A stretch of DNA of 64,000 nucleotides from Vicugna vicugna. Lineage: Eukaryota. Below are positions 55,206 to 64,000 of this stretch, piece after piece. Every line of letters begins with the position of its first letter. Positions within the stretch are counted from its first letter, which is position 1. The stretch is from assembly GCA_013265495.1 (NCBI GenBank), contig MU058065.1, forward strand, positions 3,761,003-3,825,002, read 5' to 3'. The notes below the pieces were generated by a model. The model did not search any database, was not told where the DNA came from, and saw only the letters and a program-made list of their open reading frames with translations. Position numbers and translations under genes: made by a program.

Positions 55206-56052
55206 CTTTTTATTTTTATTTTTTACTGAAGTGTAGTTTACTTACAATGTTGTGTTTATTTCTGGTGTACAACACACTGATTCAGTTATACATATATGCA
55301 TATATTCTTTATCATTGTAGGTGATTACTAGCTGTTGAATATAGTTCTCAGTAGGACCTTGTTGTTTATCTCTTTTATGTATAGTAATTTGTATCTGCTA
55401 ATCCTAAACTCCTAATTTATCCCTCTCTCCCTTTTCCCCTTTGGTAACCGTAAGTTTGTTTTCTAATCATTGTAGGTGATTACTAGCTGTTGAATATAGT
55501 TCTCAGTAGGACCTTGTTGTTTATCTCTTTTATGTATAGTAATTTGTATCTGCTAATCCTAAACTCCTAATTTATCCCTCTCTCCCTTTTCCCCTTTGGT
55601 AACCATAAGTTTGTTTTCTGTCTGTGAATCTGTTTCTGTTTCATAAGTAAGTTCATTTGTGTCATTTTTTAAAGATTCCCCATGTGAGTGATATCTTATG
55701 ATAATTGTCTTTCTCTGTCTGACTGACTTAGTACGATAATCTCTAGGTCCATCCATGTTGCTGCAAATGGTATTATTTTATTCTTTTTTTATGGCTGGGT
55801 AACATTCCATTATATACATATATCACATCTTCTTTATCCATTCATCTGTTGGTGGACATTTAGGTTGTTTCCATATCTTAGCTATTGTAAATAGTGCTGC
55901 TATGAACATTGGGGTGCACTTACCTTTGCAAATTAGAGTTTTCTCCGGATATATGCCCAAGGGTGGGATTGCTGGATCATACCATGTCTATTTTTAGTTT
56001 TTAAAGGAATTTCCATACTGTTTTCCATAGTGGCTGTACCAAATTATATTCA
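55206..56052 (-). mobile_element. 5'-truncated L1 (ORF2 end + 3'UTR) with 17-bp TSD
   Basis: TSD GTGGGTGTGGACATTTA at 55189-55205 and 56053-56069; T-rich tail; ccatccatgttgctgcaaatgg, gctattgtaaatagtgctgctatgaacattgggg. Confidence 0.9.
55311..55619. repeat. 155-bp-period tandem duplication inside the L1 3'UTR
   Basis: 55311-55464 matches 55466-55619 except one G/A. Confidence 0.95.
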
Positions 56053-58966
56053 GTGGGTGTGGACATTTAAATTTTGTCTCTTTAAGAGTTTCCCGCCAGC
56101 ATGTGTTGCAGACTGGTCTCTTAATTCTTCTGGCATCTAGTGAGTAACCATTGGCAGGCGCACACACACATGCACACATGCCTGCCTATCGAGGACAAAC
56201 AATTCTCATAGATAGTGAAATCTAAATATATGTGGAAATGACATTTTTCTAGCTGTTCCATACTTCAGCTCTGCCCACAAATGATGCCAATTTTTTTTTA
56301 CATATTATGCAGAACAGATACAGTCACTCTTTATTTTCAATTTCACACCATGTCTCTGGGCTTCCTGAACCTAGAGACTGGCTAAAAGTTAGTGGCCAAT
56401 ACTGAGTCATTTGCTTCTTGAGGACATCTCTTAGCAGAAAAAGCCCAAGTTTGAAATCACCCTTGTTTCTAAGCTAAGCCAAATCATATTTTTAAAAAAA
56501 TGTATAGCCACTCCATTTTCTTTTGTTAGCTGAAGATATATGATATGAGAATATATGATGGTCTGTTATTAAAAGGCCACAGTGATGGTGGTGGTACTGG
56601 TGATAGTGAGAATCAAAATGCTTTCCATTTGAATAGCAAGGTGAGAGGTTACACTGAGATGGTCACAGTTTTGTCTGAAGCAACCTAGGTTTTCAGAGCT
56701 TCTTTAGACAGGGAAGTTAATAAAATATTTTACTGACTGGTAATTTCTTTCCCCTGAGGGAAGGAATTCTATTTGTTTGGGGTAGTACATAGGTATACAG
56801 CCTGTAAGTGGAAGGTTAGGTATTTATGAACAGATTGGAAGAAGGAAACAAAGACAGCTACACTTTTCTTCAAAGAAAAGTGTTGGTGGGGAGAAAGGGC
56901 AATGGCGAGTAGATGAGACTTCATGGGATGGGAAGGGAAAGTAGGGGTTACTGGGTTGATTTATGAAAACTTGGATCTCAAGTTGACAACAATTCTTAAA
57001 GGACTTGTTAAAGAAAAGAGTAATATCCAATGTTAAATTGTCTGTTGAAAATTTCTGTAGCATTATTTATTTTTCTCCAGTAAATTTCTATCTCCAACAG
57101 CCACCTTGTATGAATCAGATGGAGTGTGTGTTTGTAGTGAGAGGAGGAGAGTGCAGTAAAGAGAAGCCACCGGGAAAAGGGAGAAGGCAAAGTCACAGAC
57201 ACAAGGTACGGAGAGAGAGAATTAAGTGAAAGCTGGAAACTGGAACCATAGGTGACTAAGGAGTAATGGAAACCCCATTACTAAATAGTCCCAGTGGGAA
57301 CTTTGGATTTCCTACAGAATGTGAGACAGTGGTTGAAAATCATCTTACACAGGTTTTAAGTGGCCACATGACCCAGCATGGCACCTGGGTTACACTTAGC
57401 AAGGAATGAATTTTTAATAACCTAGAAGGAATAAATACTTCAGGAGCACACATAGGAAGTCTTAAGAACCATTATAGGGCAAAATAGGTGGTCTGAGGCA
57501 ATGACTGGGGTGCACATCTTGTCTTAGGCTAATCTGGTTGAATGGCATGGAGAGGTACCCAGTCATCTGGGTACATCATCAAAAGTCAGTCTTTTCCAGA
57601 AATACTTACCAGATTATCATTAGTTACAGTGCAGAGTTAGTGAGCTCACTCAGGGATCCAGAACTCAGCCTTTGTAGACAGCTCCTTTCTCTTCTCCAAG
57701 TCTTGAAGGTTCATGTTCTATCCTGACAGTCCTTAGATATTTGCATACTATGTAACACATCCTTTAGCTTTCATATTAACCCCCGCCACTCCTGCTCATG
57801 GTATTTATGGCAAAATAACACTCTACAGCAATTTCCCACTCCCTGTACCCATATACACTCCCTAGCTCTCTTCTCAGCTTTAAAAGCACTTATTTTTTAA
57901 ACTACTTGTTTATGGACCGTCTCCTCAGGTAGAATGTAACTTCTAGGAGAAAAGGGAATCTTTGTTTTACTTATTTGTGTCTCCAGAGAAGAACTTTAAT
58001 ACACCTTTACTGAACACATGGATAATCTGTGTCTTGCACTGATGGTCATGTGGTACTTTGCTCTATAAACCCATGGGTGTAAATAAACTAGTCAGAGAAG
58101 TCTCAGGTAATGGTGATTCTTGACAAAAAATCACCAGCTCTTCTGTCCTGTTCTGAGCCTTTCCCTTTGTCTGTGTTGACACTCGTGCTAGGGCTCATGG
58201 CGTGGTGAGCTGTGCTATGTCTGCACAGTGCTACTCAATGGTCTGGGCTCTCTCTAGACCTCTCAAGGTGTCCTTGATGGTTTCTGAGTTCTACCTTCAG
58301 CCTCCCCGGGTTAGGAATCAGATTGGTTAACTCAGACACCATGTGATGCAGCACCTCTGAACTGGGCTGCTCCTGGCTCAGGCTCCAATCTTTGGTCCAG
58401 TCAAGGAAAGCCCTTTTGTCACATTGCCTGACTTCCTGAGAAGAGGACTGTAACAGGCAGTACAATTTACAGGCTGGGTCTGTTGTGACTTTCATGATGA
58501 ATACAGCATTTAAATTATCAAGACTTATGTCAACAGGTGAGAGAAACACCATACGTGCTGTTAGATTTTGCCAGTGATGAGAAAAAAAAACTGTCAAGGA
58601 GTTATTTTCCGAAAGAGGCTGGAAGCTTACCTTGGGTTGTTTTAGTGTATTTTTTAGTATGTTTTAGTATGAAATGTGTCTTCAGCTGTCAGTTTCATTT
58701 GATGTTAACAAACCCAATGTTGTGATAGTATCCCTACTTGATACCTGAGGAAACTGAGGCCCAGAAAGTGTCACCCCTCCCAAAATCACACAACCATCAA
58801 ATGACAGACAAGGAGAGTCAGAGCCCACATTTCCTGTTTCCCCATTTCAGTTTGTTACTTCATTTCACCTTAGTGTTTTATCTCAAGAACAACTCCTTAG
58901 GTGAGGTTGTTAGAGGTAGTGACTTGAATGATATAGTTTTCTTGTATCTACAAAGATGTTTTTTAA

Positions 58967-59533
58967 CAGAACCCAGAATTTAGAACATGGAATTCAGAAC
59001 ACAGAATATAGAGTATAGAATACAGAATATAGAATGTAGAACATAGAATGTAGAACACAGAATATAAAATATAGAATACAGAACCCAGAATTTAGAACAT
59101 GGAATTCAGAACACAGAATATAGAATATAGAATACAGAATACAGAATATAGAATGTAGAATATAGAATGTAGAACACAGAATATAGAATACAGAATACAG
59201 AACCCAGAATTTAGAACATAGAATTAAGAATACAGAATTTAGAATATAGAGTACAGAATATAGAATATAGAATGTTGAATACAGAATGTAGAACATAGAA
59301 TATAGAATATAGAATTCAGAATACAGAACCCAGAATTTAGAACATGGAATACAGAACCCAGAAAATAGAATATAGAATTCAGAATACAGAACCCAGAATT
59401 TAGAACATGGAATGCAGAACACAGAATATAGAATATAGAATAGAGAATACAGAATATAGAATGTAGAATACAGAATGTAGAACACAGAATATAGAATATA
59501 GAATACAGAATGCAGAATTTAGACTATAGAATA
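58967..59533 (+). repeat. Heptamer satellite array (YAGAAYW-like; commonest unit TAGAATA), 81 units, followed by polyA and bounded by a 15-bp direct repeat
   Basis: 567 bp = 81 x 7 in unbroken phase; flanks AAAGATGTTTTTTAA at 58952-58966 and 59539-59553. Confidence 0.95.
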
Positions 59534-60743
59534 AAAAAAAAGATGTTTTTTAAAACACCTGAACAACTGCATAAAATTACTTAATGCCATAAATATGCAT
59601 CAAATTAAAATTTTTATCCTTTAGTATTTGATGAATTCTTTTATTGTGATGGGCCAACCTTGCCAAGAGTCTTTCAAAACCATTAGATTTTTTTTAAAAA
59701 AGGAAATCTTCTAAAAAATGACATTTAAAACTGTTGACATTTATTTATTCTACCACTTTGCCATTTTTTATCTTTTCTGCTCCTAATATCAGAGCAACAA
59801 CTAAATAGAGATACTTTCCAAGGTCTTCCATCTCAGGAAGAAAATGAAGTAAAATATGACTGATACATATTTTTTAAAGATTTACTGATAGATTCTCAGA
59901 AGCACCATAGAAATATCTTCTTACTCTGGGCACAAAGAGTCCAGCTCTTTACTTAAAACAATTTGTCTATGTGGTGCAGAATAAAAAGGACCCAGGAAAT
60001 GGTCCCAATCCTACAGTTTTCAACACTTCAAATAAACATTACATGCATGTCAAATTCACAGTGTGCACATCACACATCTTTGTGTTTTTATTCATTAATT
60101 TGCTCATTAACTAATTTGTTCATTGGCTGCTTTCACATTTTCATTTAGACTATTTTCCCATTTAAAAAAAATTGTCCTTTTGTCCCAGGGAGTCAGTATA
60201 ATGAAAGGCCTACTCCAGTGAGAAGACTGACTGCATATGATGTGCTTCAGATTTATATGATCAAGTTCTTCTATCCTCTGCTTGACTGTAAGGAAAATTG
60301 TCAAGACAAAGGAAGCAATATTTCTAAAATGCTTATAGATCTTCTGAGGAAAGAGCTGTGAAAATGCAAAATAATGATGGTTGGGTATTAATGATGATAT
60401 TGAAAAAGGAAGACTGTGGTTGGTTTACAGATTTGTTAATAACTCCAGGTAACACTGACAGACAAGACATAATATTTTCTTATAAAATTGTGTAATATAA
60501 CAATTCTTCACCAGTTGCTGAACACTGACTTTTCATTTTCAGAGAGTCAAGGCAATTTTTCCTTCTTCAGGGGCCTCCATTTTGCAAATGTTTAGTTTAG
60601 GTTGCTCAATAAAGCCAATCAACAGATCCAGTGCATTCTGTTTTCCTTCTGATTTCTGCAGTGCCAAGGTCCTGGAAGGACTGTCAAATAGAAATAAATT
60701 CAGAGTCTGAGGGGGTGAGAGAACTAGTTTTCTTGAGGATCTG

Positions 60744-61133
60744 TGCTATGGACTGGAGATTTGTGTCCCCCAAGATCCATATGTTAAAGCCCCAACCTCT
60801 AGTGTGGCTAGATTTGAAGATGGGGCCTCCATGGAAGTAAGTAAGGTTCATTGAGGTCATAAGGGTGGGGCCTAATCCAATGGAAAGAACATCCTTATAG
60901 GACAAGATACCAGAGAGCTCTTTCTTTCTACCGTGGGCAGAGAAAAAAGGCCATGTGGGAACACAGCGAGAGGGTGGCTCTCTAAAAGGCAGGGAGAGAG
61001 GCCTCATCAGAAACCACAACCTGCTGGACTTTCCAATCTTTGAGTTTCTAGCTTCCAAAACTAGAAAAGTTTCTGTTTTTTAAGCCATGTAGTCTCCCCA
61101 GCCATGGAGTTTCATTTTGGGAGTCCTAGCTGC
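60744..61133 (+). mobile_element. MLT1A/B-like MaLR solo LTR
   Basis: tgctatggactgg...tgtgtccccaagatccatatgttaaagccc...tgaggtcataagggtggggcctaatccaat...tttctgttttttaagcca. Confidence 0.8.
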
Positions 61134-63139
61134 TATCAGTACTCGAAGACTAGCATGAGGTGTCCTCAACAACTCAGAGATGATGGAAATCTCAGAGTAG
61201 TTAAGTAATACTCAAGTTCATGTGGAGATGAAGGGCTGCCTAAGCCCAAATCCCAAATGCTTAACTTTGTTCACGCTGCAACTGGATTGAATGCACTTAA
61301 TACCTAAGTGAATAGTGTGACTATCAGAGGAGTGATTTGTCAGCAATAAAACACAGAAAGTGGAAACTATAGACACAAGAGTTGGCATCGTTCATCTTGA
61401 GGCTTCTGAGAGATTAATCCACTCCAAAACTGCAAAGCAGAAAACCAGGGTTGGGTTTATAATTAACAGGAGTGAGCCTGCCTTCTGTTCCATTTTACTT
61501 ACATTCATTTTAGTGTCTTCACCTAGATCATGATCTTCTTTAAGACCAAAGATTTGTTTTGAACTTCAGGATTGCCCGTAGGCTGGAAGCAATGTTGAGT
61601 AAACAGTAAGGACTCAGATGCTGGTTGAATTTCATTAATCTGACAGCTCACAACATTTGGTCTACTGAAGGGCTTTGGGGATTGCCTTGGTTACTGCTCA
61701 GTGCTTTTCTTGTCTCCTGTAGTTTGGCCTAATAATGTCAAAACTTGCTATTCTACAAGTAATATTTCCTGGATTTCTATAAGCAAACTTCAGGTAAGAA
61801 GCAAACAATTTTTGTCCTGAGACTTTTTGAGACCCCAGATGTTTCATTAGTTCTCCTTTCATGTAGCATCAAAATGTTACAAACATACTAAATTTATAGT
61901 AAATAAATTTCAAGTTTTTAAAAATATACATATCCACAAAGATCTGTTTTGGCATGTGTTTATTCCCTCTTTTATCAGCTCATACCTTCTAATTGACCCT
62001 TCCTCCTCACTTCTTCACTCCTAGCCAGAATACAGGGTCCCACAGGCTCTACCTCACTCACACTCTCCATTTTCAAAGGTCAAAGGCATCTATTTCTTTT
62101 ATTCATTAGGCTTTTAAGTAAATATGCCCACAACTTGATTCAGATAAGTAAAGTGAGTCTTTGAAAGATATGCCAGAAATGTGCAAAGTAATCTCAAATG
62201 TGGGAGGTTTACTATGTCAAAAAAATTTGATGATGGTACATATTCATCTTCATGAAAGCTTGGTAGTTTGGATAGAAAGGAAAATTATCTGCTACTTGTA
62301 GACTGGAGTCTAGTCTAGAATGTTAATATCACAAGGCTGATTTGCTATCACTTTACAGAGTTGGAGTTTGTGAGATAAGCATTTGGACAAACCTAATCTC
62401 TTCCTTAGATACCAAGTCTGCCACTTTAGTATGCTGCCATTGTGTGGATGAAAGTTGCTAGTGCAAACAGTAGCTTTTCCATTGGGTGAACTAAGAGGTG
62501 GAAGTAATTATACACAGATTTTTGATGGATGTTTTCTGTAATAGTCATTGTTAATGCCTGTCCCACATGCCCTTGGCCCATTTCTAAGTTCATTTGCAAC
62601 CATGGTGGACAATTCCTGTACATATTGACCATGTTCTGTTGTAGGCTTTTCCCAGCATGACAGGAGCTGCCTATCTCTTATGTGGATGTTGCCATCAGTG
62701 AGGATGTGAGTCAGCGTTCATCAGAGAGGTAATTCTGCAACATGAACTTGTGATAACTCAGTGGGTCCTGGAGCACTGAGCCTCAATTTTCTGTAGCTGC
62801 AACATAGTCATTACTCTACCTCTCACTGGGATTTCTCCCTTAGAGATTAGATACAGTAATAGAGATAACACAATACGTGATACAGATCTTTGGTCTGTTT
62901 TTGAAAAGGAATTTTCATAAATGTCTCTTAACCAAAGCAACTGCTTTGCTTTTTGTTGCCTTTATTCTTTGTATTCTTCTTTGGTACACAGACACACCTT
63001 CCCTTTAAGATTGCCCATGAAAGCAGAAACCAACACTATATTGTTTGTGTTTGTATCTCCATAAAATAACAGAAGACTTAACATGGTAGGGCCCTAACAA
63101 TTACACTTCAAATGGAAATTTTATGTATGTATGTACATA

Positions 63140-63660
63140 TTTTACAATTCAATGGGTTTCACTATTTTCACAAAGTCGTACAACCAACACCATTATCTAA
63201 TTCCAGAACATATTCATTAATTCAAACAGAAACCCTGTACCAAAACCTCCTTCTTCTAATCCTCTGGCAACCACTGACCTAGTTTCTGTCTCTATAGAGT
63301 TGCCTATTCCAGACATTTATTAAAAATGGAATCAAACCATATATACCTTACATTTGGTTTCTTTCATGTAGCATAATATTTTCAAGGTTTGTTTGTGTTG
63401 TAGTATATATTAGTACTGCATTCCTTTTCATAGCTGAGTAATATTCCTTTGTATGGATGGATATACCGCCTTGTTTATCTCTTCATCAGTTGATGGACAT
63501 TTGGGCTGTTTCCACTTTTGGACTATTATGCATAATGCTGCTAAAGGTATTCACGTACAAGCAGTTGTACTATTTTACAGTCCCATCAGCAACGTATGTA
63601 AGTTCCAATTTTTTTCTATATCTTCACCACTTGTTATTGTCTTCATTTTTACTATGACTT
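63140..63660 (-). mobile_element. L1MB-type LINE-1 3' fragment
   Basis: tatctaattccagaacat, ctggcaaccactgacctagtttctgtctctatagagttgcctattccagacattt, gttgatggacatttgggctgtttcc. Confidence 0.8.
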
Positions 63661-64000
63661 TCCAACTCTCAGATTGAATTTGACTTGAAGGGAATGGTCT
63701 TTGGAGGACATCTTAACATTCTTTTTTTCTCTATCAATTTGCTGTCCCATGAAACTTCTTTCATGGTGAAGCAACAAAAGTTTCTAAAAAGAAACTCCAT
63801 GAAGTGGCTGATAATTGTTGACTTTTATGAAGACTGTAATTGTCTTGCAGCCATGGATATTTTCTATTGCAGTTCCCTTTTCAAATCTAATAAAATCAGA
63901 GATAGTTCAGCATAGTATAATGTGCAGCTCTGACCTTATCAAGTTGTGTGGCCACAGGAAACTCTTTTCCTCTCTGGACTTCAGGCATCTTATTTGTATA

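Noticed and set aside
58235..58597. 120-aa minus-strand ORF
   Set aside because: Non-ATG start, no recognisable domain or convincing splice boundaries.
58994..59485. 163-aa minus-strand ORF (FYILYS repeats)
   Set aside because: Translation of the 7-mer satellite (21 nt = 7 aa period); the open frame is a by-product of repeat composition.
58967..59533. Possible CRISPR-like array
   Set aside because: Contiguous heptamers without unique spacers, mammalian context, no cas genes.
62645..62735. Possible + strand exon (tgttgtag|...gagag|gtaatt)
   Set aside because: All three frames from this acceptor contain stops and no peptide is recognisable.

Overview
Repeat-rich, AT-rich mammalian genomic DNA (intergenic or deep intronic). 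I recognise no protein-coding exons or RNA genes. A Vic-1-type tRNA-derived SINE and the style of the young L1 3' ends point to a camelid genome (inference). The window holds the usual eutherian fossil repeats (L1M, L2, MIR, CR1/L3, MER DNA transposons, MLT/ERVL LTRs, a Tc2/Kanga transposase remnant). Repeat family names come from recalled consensus similarity and boundaries of old elements are approximate. Unusual items: (1) a 567-bp, 81-unit 7-mer satellite array with higher-order structure, a poly(A) tail and a perfect 15-bp target-site duplication, i.e. an apparently L1-retrotransposed satellite RNA; (2) a 3.06-kb full-ended L1 with ORF1 but almost all of ORF2 removed at a junction that follows an AG in the homologous sequence (HAL1-like or spliced L1); (3) a truncated L1 with a probable 3' transduction; (4) a recursive-splice-site-like motif (polyY-CAG|GTAAGT); (5) a near-perfect 155-bp tandem duplication inside an L1; (6) an inverted pair of L1MC 3' ends.
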